Positions 47,421-63,102 of a stretch of 64,000 bases of DNA are shown piece by piece. Positions within the stretch are counted from its first letter, which is position 1; every line of letters starts with the position of its first letter. The stretch covers positions 2,976,001-3,040,000 of the forward strand of contig NC_134036.1 in assembly GCF_964204645.1 (NCBI RefSeq). The letters run 5' to 3'. The translations under genes were made by a program, and so were the position numbers. The notes beneath the pieces are model-generated. The model saw only the letters and a program-made list of their open reading frames with translations. It ran no database searches and was not told the origin of the DNA. The stretch is from Tubulanus polymorphus (Eukaryota; Animalia; Nemertea).

Positions 47421-50400
47421 TAGCAGTTTCCGATGATGCTCTATATATATATATATCTTATATATCGATGTACCAAATAAACTACATACATATATCTCTG
47501 TGTATACAAGTGCATTATTTATACGGATTAAATATGGAAGTCATTTCGATGGAATGTTGATGAACGAGGCGCAATTTTCTCGTTTCTCCCATTTTTTCTA
47601 TCTCATCATTATGATATGCCATATATATATATTCATATTTGCTTTATTTCATTGCTAAACCAAGCGAATTTAATGTAGGTATATAACTGTAGCTATGGAA
47701 GAGGGGGCGAGGGAGAGAGGGGGAGAGGCAGGGGTTGATTGTTTTGTCGGGTACTCACACTAATGCATCTTATACACATTCATTTATCTAATCTATTCTT
47801 TCATCAAAAACCGCATCGCGAGGGTCATAAAGCCATTGCCGGCTTCACCATCGTGGCGTGGCGTTTATAGAAATACACTCAAAGGTTCAGAAAGGTCACT
47901 AGTTCCTGATGTTGTTGTGGTATTTAGAGCCATAAAATCCTGCGCCTTTGTCACATAAAAATACGTATAAATCTCTGGCACTAATTTGGCGGTCACGGCA
48001 AAGTAACGGGACAGAGAACTTCAAACTGCACCTTACCGATTAAGACTGCTTCTATGTGGATGCGTCCTCCCAAACCTTTAGAAGGCCATCCTGGCAAACC
48101 GAACCAGAACTTCGTTTGGCTGTGTATTTATTCATTGGGATGATTGAACGTTTTTGGGCCATCAGGCATATTCGGTCAATTATGGGATTTTGGGAAATTC
48201 TTGAAGTAGTACATTACACTGGTCAATGTTTGGGATTTGAGGTCGTACCTAAAATATTTGTTTTATAATGACAGCTTAGATTTGCACCGAGGGGAGACCT
48301 TTACAAAAAGTAGGAGTTTTCAAAATGCGCCAGGGTTCTGGAGACAAACGAAAAAGTATTGAGCAAAAAAAAAACAATTATACGAGCTACTTTAGGTTAA
48401 ATACTTACATAGGGATAAACATTCAAATAAAACACTAGAGACAAATATTAATGAGGGCAATTATTCGGTAGATAAATTGAATTTTTTAATCATAGTTTCT
48501 TGCAAAATACTGCAAGATCTTTAGGTGAGTGAGTAATAAGATCATTTAATGAGTAAATTTTTTTTTTCAAAATAACGATCATTCGGAACTTCAGCAAAAT
48601 ATTGTCTTACTAAGTTTTACTTTAGTGTACCGTTACGCCATCTGGTGTGTGTCGATATACCCCCATTAGTATTTTAAATTCGTTGGCGAGAAAAAAAAAA
48701 CCCTGCCAAACTCAATGAAGTGTATTGAGTAGAATCTTCGCGTGAATCGTTCGGCAACCTAATCACAGGATTGGAAAGCGTTTGAATTCGAAATAAAAGA
48801 TTTAAAGCTCACTGATCGTTACCTTCCATCTTTTTCTGACGGAAAGAAAAATACTACCGTACGTTGAATTGTTAAGTTGGTCTTTAAGGGAAATACAATC
48901 AGAATGCTGCATTAGACGGCAGCTTGAGCAACGTTACAACTGGCAACAAGACGCTGTTTGATGAAGTTGAGAGAGAATTTATTTCATTCAAAGAGAAAAA
49001 AGAAAATTCGTTCTTTCACTTCTTAACGTATACAGCGATCATCTAACATAGTTGCATGAAGAACCTTAGTGTCTGATATACCTTAGAGGATATCGTTGAG
49101 CGACGGAGATCATTGTGGATAAAACCACTTCTCCAGGACTGGATGAAAATATAAGAGTGCCCGAACAAGAATTCAAGAGAAGTGAAATAAACTACTGGAT
49201 TGCGAATCATAACTGTGCAATTTACTACTGGACCCATTTAGATGGTCATGTCCAAATTGTATTAAACCTTAAGAGTGGTCTTAAGTTGTTGGAATGGAAC
49301 TCCATAAATTGATAAGCCAGCGAACGACTTGATTAAGCTTAGGTTGTCCTGATACTTGGGATATAAATTTAAAAAAAAAAAACGTTTTAGAATTATGAAC
49401 CTTTTCGTGAAACTTGACCCAAGTTCCTAGCTCTAAGGATGCGACCAAACAACATTCAAAAATTGCACCAAAAAATCAATGCCACGGAGACATGATTAGC
49501 ATTTAGCGTCACAATAAGCATCAGCCATTTATGTGTTTGATCACACACATTTATAAAGATATAGAAGTCACGAAAACGGTCGCTAAGATGAAATAACTAA
49601 AGCCAGCACAGTTGCTACCGGTAGTTACTGTACATAATTTCCTGTCTTCGAGATCTGTATTGATATCAAAAATACTGTTGTTACATAGCGCGTAGAGGAT
49701 TCGCTCTAGTCCAGGCGATCGACCAGATTCATATAGTTTCCGTCAGTTACAGATATGTACCGATCAATAAAACTTCTCTGCCTCGATTCCCGGATGGATC
49801 GAGAGAGCGATGACGGTTATTTTGAATGTTTAAATCGCGCAGAGAACCGTTGTTCTTCGCGCGCGACTACATCAGCTCGACAGTGGAGAAGATGAGAAAA
49901 ATGTTCCAGTTAAGTTGTTGCAGTCGATGTAGTATACACGGATCGTATAGCGATAAGATTTAAAAAGCCGCAACGATTTTATCACTGCGGATGGAAATGA
50001 ATTCAAGAGAAAATATCTGATACTCTGAGATTTAATCTAGATTTTTGATCGTCTCAAAAAAATTATTTGGTGACGATCTAAAACGATTAGGCTTAATGAT
50101 ATTGCCTTTTATAGCTTAACGCTAGACAAGAAGACTAACTTGAAGCTTTATCGACGCCAGTCTAACGCCGATATATCGATGACGTAATGCACATCATCTC
50201 AAAAATAGTTATTGAAATTTATCAGAAAATAAGATAAGAGAGAAATATAGGCCCATTCAATTACAAAATAAATGCCAATTGTAATTGTTATTTTGAAACA
50301 CTAATATTGATGACGTAGTGAACATCGACTCACACGTAACCAACGCATACTAGGTATCGATGTACATAAACATTATTGCAACGGTTTTTTGGCGTCGAGA

Positions 50401-50742
50401 AAATTAATAACTAAGATCTAGATTGAATCGAATCGCTTCTGAATTCTGTTCGATTTCGTTTAAACGCGTCAACTGCAACGACACCATTTCGATATTTATA
50501 CGCGTAATCTCAATTTACCCGTTGAAATATCTGATAATTAAGAGAAATTCAATAATCAATTATTAACCGGATCAATTAAGCCAGTATGACTAATTATAAT
50601 GCCCGATCAATTCCAATTAATCAGAGACGGAAAATCTTCACCGGTTCTTCAGACTAACTCGGTTTCACAAATCGACACACTCAAGGCGGTTAGGCGAAAC
50701 TCCTCGTCCAATAAACTAGTAAACAATTAACAATTTGCAATC

Positions 50743-50857
50743 CTAGGGCCGGTTTTATAGACTGGTATTACCTTTAACCCGGGGGCTAACTCAATTCATT
50801 TTCAATTGAGTTAACCCCCGTGTTAAAGGTAATACCGGTCAATAAAACCGCCCCTAG
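50743..50857. mobile_element. Palindromic MITE (~115 bp)
   Basis: CTAGGGCCGGTTTTATAGACTGGTATTACCTTTAAC...GTTAAAGGTAATACCGGTCAATAAAACCGCCCCTAG. Confidence 0.8.
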
Positions 50858-52379
50858 TTGTTAAGTTATGACTTTAAAGTTAAAAGTTGGTCGTCTTAAT
50901 TCGTAGGACCTGTTATGAGAAGAGCATTAGTACCAAGATGGATTCATATTTGTCTTAGATATCTTCACCTTGACTGTGCAACCCTCAAAATACCATGAAC
51001 ACATGGAATAGGAACTCCAGCGACAATGACCATGGCAAAGCTTGCCAGTAACTTCATTGTAAAATGAGAATATTCATTCTAACAAAAATCATTCTAGTAG
51101 ACTTATATACGGCCTCTGAACACCGTATCCCGTATCGGTGTCGACCGACGCAGCCGGGAGGTTCGGTATTACACCGGTAATTGTGTGTCCACTTCGAATC
51201 GATTTCCCGGGAACAACAACTCGCAGTTAAATACGAATAACAGGATAGCTTATTAGATCATATGAGCCGCAACTGGTGGCAACTGCGGTTGAGCTCAGAA
51301 TACTTATCCCAGTCTAACCACAGTCACAGCTCTCCATCTCTCTTACATAGCCGCTAGTTTTCCTCGATGACCAATTTACGGATAAACTCGAAACATCCTG
51401 CCGTCTGATTGCCACGAGCAGGTGCTCGAATAATAACCGATTACATTGTTGCCCAGTTTATTACCATAGATACAACGATGCGCGCGCATCAAAGATGGCT
51501 GACGACGGCATAGCCTTAAACACATGAAACCAGTAAGCCGTAAGGATTTGAGACAACTGAACACAATATTTGCAATGATAGCAATGCAACCAGTAGCCTA
51601 TGTTTCTATGATAAGTCAGTTGTATTAGGGTATTAGGCCCACATTTTCCTCGCCCTCTGCCTTTAGATTGAAGCTGCTATTCTCTTCTCATTCCCGTATA
51701 GTCTAAATTATTTAAGTATGCTCGCACTGTATGAATTCAATCATTTTAAATCTCATTTTGCCATTGGCATCTTTAACAGCCATTGTATTGATGGTGCTCA
51801 ATACTTCATCTTCTATCACTATTCATGGTCTCTGCCATTTACGAAAACTTAAAGGCACCCCCTGTATAGAAGCTTTAATCTAGTCCAAATCATTAGCAGT
51901 GATCTCCACGATATACATGGAATTTTTACAATCGTAATTAATATAGACTTAGACTACGTTACTGGACGCCAGCTGCTCCGATGCACCCACACAACCCACA
52001 CACCAGCCGCACACCCCAAACTAGTTTATAATCTTATATTTTTTGAAAAATATTAATCAGTCTGTGATATTATTACTGAAATAATACGTACGTTGTGCAC
52101 GTACCTTCCGCAACGGTAAATCTGTCTGAATTGTATGAAAACAATGATTTCATTGATTATGATGGAAGAACTTTTTTTGTTCCCTTTTGTGTTTTCGGTT
52201 TCGCTCATGCTTTATGTCGCTCATTATCCGCTGTATGTCTTATCTCTAATCATCTCCCTTCATATTCCACCTCTTTCATTCTCACTCATCCGCCTCTGTC
52301 ACTTCTATCATAGACCTATACCCTAGCTCAAACTCTCACATCTACATCACCTTTCATCTGTATCTGGCTACATTGCTGC

Positions 52380-52552
52380 TACAGTCAAACCAGCTTAATC
52401 CGGATCGGCTTAATCTGGACTTCGGTTTAATCCGGACCATATTAATGCAGACCATTTGTAACATTATACAAGAAAATGACTTTTAATCTGGATTTCCCGT
52501 TAAGCGGATCGATTTTTTTGGTCCAAAATGATCCGAATTAAGCGGATTCTAT
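52380..52552. mobile_element. Tc1/mariner-pogo-like MITE
   Basis: TACAGTCAAACCAGCTTAATCCGGATC ... GATCCGAATTAAGCGGATTCTA, with internal TTAATCCGGA repeats. Confidence 0.65.
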
Positions 52553-55139
52553 TTTAAGCCTACTACCGTTCCTTCGTCTTCTATTCTGCCTTCTTCCTTA
52601 CAGCTTCGTCCTGCCTCTCTTCCCTCTCCACAATTCCCATCATACATCCCATAAAGTCTGGTTTCACGAGGGTTCCAACCCCACCAATTCGCTGCATCGT
52701 GAAATCTTGGAATTTCGTATTCCTGCTGTTGCATTATCCAGCTCGTTCTCGACAGGGAAAAGCTATAACCTCGTGGAACAGCTCGTGAAACCCAGCCTTC
52801 ACACTCTAGCTCCTCTCACTCTATCCAAGTCTCTTATCACCCCATCCCCCTCTCCCCCCTCTCACCCATTTTTCTACTCCTGCTGCTGCCGTTGCCGTTA
52901 TTACGTCGACGACTTATATTCATCACTAGTTTTCTGCTCTACACACGACGGCACATTTCATCGTAAATAAATTCCGCACCACTGGGATAATGTTCCACCT
53001 GGGCCCAGCTAAAAATTTTACCATTCGAGAGGATATGAATCAACACTGCTTACATCTCGTTCACTCACCACCGCTCAGTTAGTCTCCATAATACGTGCCA
53101 ATTTAGAGGCAATATTGCCGAGAATGTTTTTAAAACTGCACATTTGTCTTGATCTATGGCGTAAAGGTTCTATTTAAGCATGAAATATTCCATTGATGGA
53201 TGAAAGAAGTTTCTGTTTGAAAGTTGTTTTAACATTCAATAAAGGCAACCCTCCGTAGATGGGATGATTTTTTTGGTTTATTACATCATTAAGTAGATTG
53301 TAAGGTTTTTCATCGTAATGGAGACGTTTTTTTTTGTAACTCTACATTCAATAGTGCAACATTTATGGCGTTTATATGTTTTTTTTAAGGATAATTACAT
53401 GATCGAGTAAACCTTATCTTTAGATAGGCCTGTTCTATTCAAAAATTAGCTTTTCATATTTCACCAATAACTCTTCAAAAATCTTTTTTTTGTGTTCTTT
53501 GTTTAATTGGATGGTCCTTTGCTTGAAAGGCAGTTTACTCATACATGTACATGCTTTATTCTCTATTCAAAGTTATCAAATTGTTACTGAGCATTTTAAC
53601 TCGATCTACCGGCTATTTCTGCATATACGCATCAAGGCTTCACTTATTCATTCAATAACATTCCTCTAAATATAGTTCCTGTTTGGTAGAAAAACCTACC
53701 ACTAAAGACGCAATTCCTCACAAATTAATGAATGCGAAACGTTATCTAGTACGATACTTACACATGCTCGTGGTATGATAGATTGAAGTGTGGATGAAGC
53801 CGATGTTTAATAATTTTCGGAGATTAGAAAGCGTTCTATATCAGATCTTAGAGTGAAAGCGATAGGGGGCCGGCTGTAGCTTGATTGTGAATAGCACGAC
53901 ATTCTCGCATTAAACCTAAATAAAAGTCAACATCCCGTTTCCGTCGATTCTGCATTTACGAACAATGGTGACTCTGGTCATCAAAAACCTTTATCCCACA
54001 ACAAGACCTACGACAACATACCCGTCCAAGATGACAGCCTTCATAAATCCCCCAACACCAAGAGAATCGTGATAAAGACTGCGATAAAGAAAAAATGTCT
54101 GCTTCTATAAATCCTCCTATGACATAAAGAAATCTAAGCAGTCATATAGACACACTTCGAAAAAAGATACCAGCTTCCATAAATCACCCTATGACATCAT
54201 CGAAAACTGATGTGGTGACATGCGGAAAATTGCCAGCTTAATATGTATGTATGTGTGGAGGATTTTGGAGCCAGACAGAAATTCAGGATGTGCGTACTGT
54301 TTGTATTCAATCGATCGATAAGAGTCAGTTTTCCTTGGATTGCGACTTGGTCCCTGGAGATATTGAAATCATATCGACTTGAGTCCACGCAGTTTGTGTC
54401 GGCTGCGACACGCTCCCCTACGCTATCGCCAAACACTACCGAGATCATTAGATCAAAACTTTAACCATCTGCGCGTCTTACTAACACCAACCGATCGACC
54501 AATCAGCAGCCCCTGTAATATCTCCTCGATTCTCTGTTACGCTTTTCTTGGGCTACAATGAGTCCAAAATATGCCTGTTCTAAGTCTATTCTACATTTTA
54601 AGATTCCTTCCATGTCCGTGTTGAGATATATAAAACAGAGATGGCATATACATGGCTTCTAAGCAAGACCATCGGATAGCCGGGTTCCGAGCCAACTCAC
54701 TTTTGTTTGGTTGTCCGTGTTGAGTAAACGTGGGCCCAAATAAACCCATGGTATATCAAAAGACATGGCGTCCATGGATTCAAAGTAAGACCCAGTTCCG
54801 AGCCAGCGGTCAAAACTCCTGGAGGTCGTCGTGGCTAGATTGATACATATTCACCGGTGAAGAAGCTCCGGCGTGACATTTATACACATTCATTCGGGGC
54901 AACATTTTGTTTATGCAGTTAACATGAACCTCATTGATCACAGCAGCCGGCAAAATGCGAATACATAGTCGAGTGTATTGAGAGGGGAGCGAATCGAGAT
55001 CGACCGGCAGAAATAAACACAGATTTCGAATCACTGACACGGACGGAGAAATGAGAAGGCGTGGATAGACGAGGGAGAGACGATAGACGGGGAGGAAAGT
55101 TGGGGGTTTCATACCAGGGGTATGAGGCATGAGGCTAGG

Positions 55140-55336
55140 TAGGTTTTTTGGGTAAAAATGTTGGGTAAAAATATATTGGGTAATTTTTTTCTATATAAAT
55201 GGGGGATTAAAATAAAATACAGGTAAAAATTAAATATTTTGCGAATATTGTGATAAATATGTATTCTTATCCGCCATTCATATAGAAAAAAATTACCCAA
55301 TATATTTTACCCAACATTTCTACCCAAAAAAACCTA
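55140..55336. mobile_element. Foldback/MITE with ~65-bp inverted arms
   Basis: TAGGTTTTTTGGGTAAAAATGTTGGGTAAAAATATATTGGGTAATTTTTT / AAAAAATTACCCAATATATTTTACCCAACATTTCTACCCAAAAAAACCTA. Confidence 0.8.
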
Positions 55337-56733
55337 GGATCAGGAGAATGTACCGAAACGGGACGCCGGATGTCGCTCGACCAACGTTCATGGCGTAAAA
55401 TTGAATTTATTACAATTTCGCGTGCGACGAACTTAACTCACAAGAGACAGTTTGGCATCGTTTTTGGTCGTTAGGAATTATGGCCATCGCCATATACACG
55501 AGATATATGGCTGTGTATTTCATTTTCTATCCGTGGTACACTTGTACTCTTGTATAGTTTATGCCTTTCACATTATATCGAGACTTTATGTTTTAGGGGT
55601 ATTGGTTTTGGGAGTTAGACCGAATATATGTTTCCATTTTAATGATCATTTACGAAGAAAAAATGTCTAGACTAGTTAGAACGGCCTTCAGTCACGATAA
55701 ATCTGTGAGGCCGTTTTACTAAGATTCTATTGTGTCTGTTCTACATCCCGCGCTCCCATGAGATGGGGTTCATCGAGAAGCTACTGTGTCGGTTCATGGA
55801 CGTATAAACTAGTTTATACGTCCATGGTATGTTCTACCCCCGAGAGAAGAGGGGGTTCACTGACAATCTATTGTGTCCTTTCTACTCGTTGCGCTTCCGT
55901 GAGAAGAGGGGGTTCTCCGAGAACCTATTGTGTCCGACTTCTACTCGCTGCTCTCCTGCAATTCGATCAACTGGAAATTATAGTCTTGATGAAACACTCT
56001 GAGTCAATGTTGTAAACATACCATGAGAGAAAATCCCACAAGATTCTCGAAGAAACGTCGAACATAAAAAGCAGGATATTTTCAGACTATTGTGATCATT
56101 ATAGGATTCTATCTTATATCAGGGCATTCATTAGTATTTCAAGATAGACGGACAATGTTTACGTGGAAAACGAAGAAAGACAAAATGAAAAAAAGGACAC
56201 TTAAAAAAATGTGATGGACTTGTATAAGTCCCCGATGATCCACCCCGTGTTTTAAACACTACCGAGATCATTAGATCAAAACTATTATACAGCGTAACCT
56301 AGAATTGTATGTTATATCGTCAACATTCATTCATATTTTAAGATTGATGAAAATACTTGGAAATTGAAGGATTTAGACGGCGAGTTTCGCACGATGTAAA
56401 ACAAACATGTATAAAAACGTTAACGTTGTGTCTGCGAATGAATGAAAACGTAATTACAAACGATTCCGATCCGTCGTGACACGAGGAAGACGGAAGCGGG
56501 AGAGAGAGATATAGAGCTACGTAACTCTGATCTAAATTAATCTATGAATTATCGTTCAATCGAGTATTCATCGATCGGTACAAAACAGAGTGGCGGGGGT
56601 TGGTATCCGAGTTTCGGCTCGAACCGACAACAGACTGCCGGACGTAATCGCGTGAGAAAAAAATCCAAATAAAAAAGTGCAAGTGCCGAATTCACGGTGC
56701 AAAGACGAAATACGAGAAAGGAATTTTGAAGAA

Positions 56734-56933
56734 CAGGGCCCAGTTGCCAAGTGGGCTTGAATCTAAGAAGGGTCTCAAGTTTTTAGATTGGCTACCGGTC
56801 TAAGACCGGTTTGAAAATCTAACCCATTACTAGGCAATTGGCCTTTGGGTGTGAGCTCTTTTAGAATGGTTTAAGAACTTAGTTGGTCTAATACTGGTGT
56901 TAGATTTAAGCTATTGCTTCGTAACTGGCCCTG
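56734..56933. mobile_element. Degenerate MITE
   Basis: CAGGGCCCAGTTGC...TTGAATCTAA / TTAGATTTAA...GTAACTGGCCCTG. Confidence 0.5.
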
Positions 56934-59582
56934 AACGTGAGCTCTTTACCTAGTTCTGGGTAAACACAACAGACGGCTTACTACATAGTTCAAATTGCTA
57001 CATTTCCTCAACGCTCTTGTATTCATACGATATTTTTTTTTAATACAGAGCGTCTCTAAAACCTACCTACAATGAAACAGTGGGTCATTGAAGGTGGGAA
57101 TTTTAGGTATTGAAATCGGATTACAAAACCCAAAAGCTGGAATATTGATATAATCGCTTGTGTTCGAGGTATAGAAAGTGTGCTTTCCGCCAGACTCCTG
57201 GAATCGATGCCAAGGTCTGACGAAGCAGCGTGACTAATTCACGTAAATCAATATTTCAAATCTCGCGTTGAAAAACTTTGATCTTTCAAAGCGATTTTAT
57301 TAACTATTACAAAAATATCGTCGATCGACGTGGATGATGAGCTGAGCTGTACAGTCAATATTCCGACGAGGTATCGACATCCAGATCACTGATCGAACAG
57401 CGTACGACGCGTGCTCGATAGCAGTACTTCCAGTCGAGAGTCGTACAGTTTATGTTTGGCTTACAGAGAATTTCAGATTGACAATTATAACACAATGTAC
57501 CGGATACCCTTATCCCGCGAGGAATCAGTCAATCGTAGTGTTCTTGTCGACATATTTAACGTGTCACTCGGTGATTAGTTAAAATTGACGGCCGTTTATC
57601 ACAAGAAGGTCATCCCTCTGGGAAGATTGTTGATTAGTCAAAGTTCAGATGATTATGAAAAGAGGGCACAACTCCCCGTCGGCCTTTGCCTTAAGGTGTT
57701 TGTTACAAGGGATCTTGGAGAATTATGTACGAGATGCACTAAATAATGATCGTGCTATATGATTGTGTAGGTAAATGATCGTGCTATACGATCAGATAGG
57801 AGTTATTTGTAGGTAACCTCATTAGGGTGTTGCTCCCATCGATGTGAAAGGATGAGAAATTATTTGAAGATTACGCAACTAGGGCATTGCTGTGGAAGGA
57901 TGGGCAGTTTTACCAAGGTAACGCCACTAAGGTGTTGCTCCAATCGCTGTGAGATGATGGGAAGTAATTCGAAGGTAACGCGACTATGCTACTGCAACCC
58001 TATCAGCGAGAGGCGGGCAGGGTAGTTAAAGGCTAGGCCACTATATAGGATGCTGGCGCTTACACTGTGGCTTTCTATAGAAGAAATCACGATGACTTTT
58101 TCTTCTTAGGTGGTCGTCGTTAACGTACTTTCAATTTTAGCCATTACTTCATCGTCATTTGAACTTGAATCGACTCCAGTTCCTTCTTTGCTCGGGGGAA
58201 TCTTATCCCTTAATGCCGTGACATTTAGGCGTATAATTCTACCATTAAACCCTACACATGTATACATAATATGTAACATAACCGATATCGCCGTCATCAC
58301 AATATATATCGTAGTAGTTCTAATGCAATCCGCCTGGGGGCACTGCCGGTGACACCTAGGTCCCAGGTCACAATGAAAATAAGTGCACGGGTATTAATAA
58401 CAAATAACCGAATCGGCTCCCGAAGCACTATTTCTAAAGTGGTCCTTGTTAAATTCTGCTCTATTATCATTTTTTATAATTTCTGGCGACGTTGAAAATT
58501 GTTTTTAAATTCGTGTCGCGTCGTTAGACATAGTTAGCCTCGTTTAGCGAAAAATCTCGGATATCATATTATTCTTCACCGGGAGCATTATCTACTAATT
58601 ACCACCGGTAACCGTTCAAATACGACGGCTAATAACGCGCGGCCATAAAACGTGACGAATCGCATTATCGCCTGCGTTTAGAAATAATCGCGACGTGACG
58701 TGGAACATTGTCTGAATTACAATCGGCGGCTTGCACGCCACTGGGGGGATGGGTGCTCCCACCAGGAGACTGAGCGCCGGATGGGTGGGGGAGCATGGCA
58801 TAGACCGGCAAGCCGATATCTGGAAGAGAGAAATGCGGGTGAGGGATAGGAGATATGAGTAGGAGATTGTTGGACATGTCATCCAGGAGTAAGAAGGGAC
58901 AGTTATAGATGATGAGACTGACTGAGCAAAGATCGGTGAGTGGTTCTCATATAGACGAGGGAAGGGGATTACGAAAAAGACAAAGACAGAGAAAGAAGCA
59001 GGAGGAGAAAGCGGGGCGATGCCGGAATAAGAACAGTGTGTGGAACATGTCTTTCATGTGCGAAAAATAGTGACATGTATAAAGACGAAGATTGGTATGA
59101 AGAGGTATGAGTTAAGGGTCGATTATTCGGTACGCGATGTCGAGTATTCTAGAAGAGACGGTGCAAGATATCATGAAGACACAGATCGATTTAAGAGAGG
59201 CTAAGAGCAATAGATGGCTCCCAAACAGAAGATCAATGATAATTGAAATGTTGGAGATGCCTTTCATTGGAGGAGACCAAATGGGAGGATGGAGAGTTAG
59301 CGGAACGATAGTTGACAGATACATGGATGAAAATATAGACTAGGAAGAGGTTAAGAGGCTTGGAAAAAGTCGAAAAAGCCAAACAAAACGCTGAAGTCGT
59401 CGATGAACATGAAAAAGTTATCGAAAGCACGCGTGTATCCATTGATGCACGGAATTCAAATCATGATCCGGAATTCAACTCTTGTCTAGAGTCTGGCATG
59501 CTCATTCTATTTTCTGCATTCTAAAATATGTCGTTCGTTTTCGTATTTTTCAGAAACCCACAATATCATCAAACTGCCGAAC

Positions 59583-59670
59583 ATGTCCTCGTTGTCGCCG
59601 TCGTCCGTATTCGCTGTAGCCGTTATCCAACTCGTATTCGTCGCATCTCCATTCGTTCCAATCACAAACG
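59583..59670 (+). CDS. Probable first coding exon (signal peptide) of an unidentified secreted or membrane protein: MSSLSPSSVFAVAVIQLVFVASPFVPITN
   Basis: Strong acceptor TTTTTCAG at 59553, AACATGT start context, hydrophobic core, phase-1 donor G|GTAAGT. Confidence 0.6.
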
Positions 59671-61015
59671 GTAAGTAGAACATACGTTACAAATAGCTGC
59701 TGCTTCCATAAATCGGCTTATAACATCATCAAAATGATATCGCAGAGACCTTACCACAAAACGATGCCAACCACCATAAATCCCCATATGGTACCATCGA
59801 ATTAATATAACGACCGCTTCAACAGAAAAAAATGGATGCCTCTTCGGAAGCACCTATGACATCATAGACATAATACGGTGCTACATGCTCTTCCAGAAGG
59901 AGATGGCAGCCAACTGTCATAAAAACTTTTATGACATTGATTAATAATTATGATTGTGAATGCCCCTATGACAACACCAAATTTATGTAGTTATATAGAT
60001 ACATTGGGGTATATTTGTTCCAATGATGTTCTGAAAACTCATAAGAATCTAACAGGCATTTTTTGTCAACGAAATATTTTTTCCGTGCAAGCTACAAAAA
60101 TATGAAACAACAAACGTCGTGAATTTCAAATACCCACGGAAGAGAATACACCATCACTGGCAGTGAAGCTTATCCACTTAGATCTTATAAAACGTCATGT
60201 TCTCAAAAAGATGAAAACAACGGATAACGGGGAGTGGTAATGGGGTTCTAAGGTGGTATAGGTCCTGATCCATTATTAAAGAGTCACCTCTACTACGACT
60301 TGTAGAAAAAACCTAACGAGCAAGAAATGGATTCGCGATTTTCGAAAGATTATGAAGCACCATTTCGTGTTCAGAGATCACGTGTCGAAGAATTTTTTTT
60401 GTCCTGTGAGTTTGAATGGTATTGTCAAACGCATTCAACTTAATTTGGAAGTTTGTAATGAACCACTTAATTATCGTATCGAATTTTAAACAACTCTCTG
60501 CAGTTGATTGTGGAACTACGGCTGTCAACTTCTCAATACAGCGAGCCGTTATCAGCAAACCAGCCAAACTGTTACCGAGCTGATAGGAATGTGAAAGGAA
60601 ATGAAAGAATAGAGATGGAGATAATAAAAGAAAGACGAAATGACATAAATAGACGGACAGGCGGGGAGGAAAGCGATGAATTTATAGAATGGAAACGGGA
60701 ATGGAATGAGATAGTGAATAAAGTTCGGAGTTCGGATTGATTGAGGAGGGAGAGGGGAGAGGAGAGGATGATATGTTGATTTGCTTTTAAGGGCACCAGA
60801 TGCAGCCTTTAAACGATGTTAATAATAGGACGGTACATTTCCATTCTTTCTTGAAGGAGTTAAACAAAAAGTTAAGATGAGAAACCCACAAATGATAATT
60901 AATCTGGTGGAATGGACAAAGTAGAAGAATACAGAGCAGGGCAGCCAACCTCTGAAATGTGTTCTCATTAACATGTTGAAATTTTTCCGGAACATTTGAA
61001 TGAAACAAAAACTGT

Positions 61016-61183
61016 TCAAATTAATCAGTAATCAACAGTAAGACCCTCAGTAACATCTTTCATATTTCTGCTCAAATTAATCAGTAATCAACAGTAAGAC
61101 CCTCAGTAACATCTTTCATATTTCCGTTCAAATTAATCAGTAATCAACAGTAAGACCATCAGTAACATCTTTCATATTTCTGT
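61016..61183 (+). repeat. 56-bp tandem repeat x3
   Basis: TCAAATTAATCAGTAATCAACAGTAAGACCCTCAGTAACATCTTTCATATTTC at 61016, 61072, 61128. Confidence 0.9.
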
Positions 61184-63102
61184 ACGCTTCGAACTATATC
61201 TCGTTATAAAAGAGTAACAAATACTGAAAATCAGGAACAGTTGGCACCTCTGAATGAGGACATCCTAGGAGAAAGGAGGAAGTGGTTAGGCCAGTAGATA
61301 CAGAGGGGTGACGTCGGAAAGAGGAGGTATTTACGCAATAACAATAGAGCTGAAGAGAGAGGCACGTGATTTTAGTAAGTAGAGATGGAAGGACTGATTG
61401 ATAACAATCTTTTTCTAAGTTGTGACAGCTTTAACGGACTTTACCGCTTCGTTTTTATGATAAACAGCACTCACGGCGATAAATCAAGCGCGAATCGCTG
61501 CCGCTGCAAGGTTACACCGTCTCCGATCTTTTCATTGCTCACAGAAGGAGAGAAAAGGAGACAGAAAAACTCGTCGGTAGGTCGTTATTCATCGACTGAC
61601 AGCGTCAATATTGCTCGTTCTCCGCCAGTGCCGCGCAGTAGCTGCAGCAACGGAGCAGCGCAGACGACTTTTCATCGATGGATGCGATCTGTTAATCAGT
61701 AAAATACCTGCACAACTGCCACTTAACAGTTTTTATAAACGACCGGATGAAGCTGCCAGCAATAATCGTTATTCTAACCCACGCCGCCTGAATTTAGCAG
61801 AGCAGGCTTTGTTAATTTACGGATGGTCAAAATGTATTAACAACTACGTATTATATATTTTGGCTAATCGGATATCGAACTTTGTACATGATTTGACAAT
61901 TTACAATGCCATTATCTGTGAAAACATTTTACTCTTTTCCTAGCTTTGTTTTAGTTTCTTTCCCTTGTTATCGCTGTATCATTAGCAATAACAGTTGCCT
62001 TGATGGATAGCGATGAACAAAAAACCCTTCAAAATGTTATGGTAAACAATGTATGGATGATGAATCCATCCTGAAAGCTCTACAAATCATCGAATCGATG
62101 TGGTGAAATGGACACTCCATAATGCCCGCCCATAAAGGCCCACGATGCCACCAACAATAGAATAGTTGCTTGCCTACTTAAACACTCCAAAACCTGCATT
62201 CTTACGAACTCAAGCACATCACACAAAGCTGCACCATTTGACGCGATGGATGACCCTTCCTTAAAATATCAAACGTGTCAGTCCCCGAAAATTCCCCGAT
62301 GGCATGATTAAAGTGGTCTTACTTGTGATTTGATTCATTACCGACAAATAAAGGAACAAACAAATGCTAATAGATAATCATTCATAGATTCAGCTATGGT
62401 GATTAGAGATGCTGACTAACCCCTCTGGTCTGGACGATGCACCGGCGGTGTTGACCAGACAGCGATGATCGTTTGGACGTCACCGTCCGCCTAGAACGCG
62501 AAGGTATTTCCTATATACGTGCAGTAAAGGTAATTTATCGTCTGCAACGAGCACGAATTAACGTCGGCTGCTTTTCCAACTCCTTAGAATTCAAGCGAGA
62601 GAAAATATCTGCTATAAGCAATAAAACTAGTGTCTAGAATACGAATGGCCACTTGTCTCAGCTAATTTGCGTGCCAGAGACGGCGTCTATATCTCTGTCT
62701 TGTTTTACATTTGTATACTTTCCTTTAAAGTTGAAACCTGAGCCTTTTTACGATGACGTTCATAGTACTCACAACCGTTGGAACCCAGTGAAACTTGACT
62801 AAGAACTGAAACTGGGAATGAATTGATTTCAACTCAAGAGCCGTGCAACCGGGCCCGGAAGAGAAGAACTTCTAAATATTTCTAAGTGAGAAATGTTGTA
62901 GAATAATTATCATGCTCAATAAAACCACCAACTCGACGTCAGTTAGTTTGCCAATTCAGGAAGTAGATCTCGAAACAGCTTGCCGGGAATCAATCGTAGA
63001 GCCAGTCAGTTAGAGACCACTTAAAAGGAGATCTCGAAACTGCCAATCAGTCAAACGTTTATCGAAATCTCTTGTGTAAATGACACGTTAACAAATTCAC
63101 AG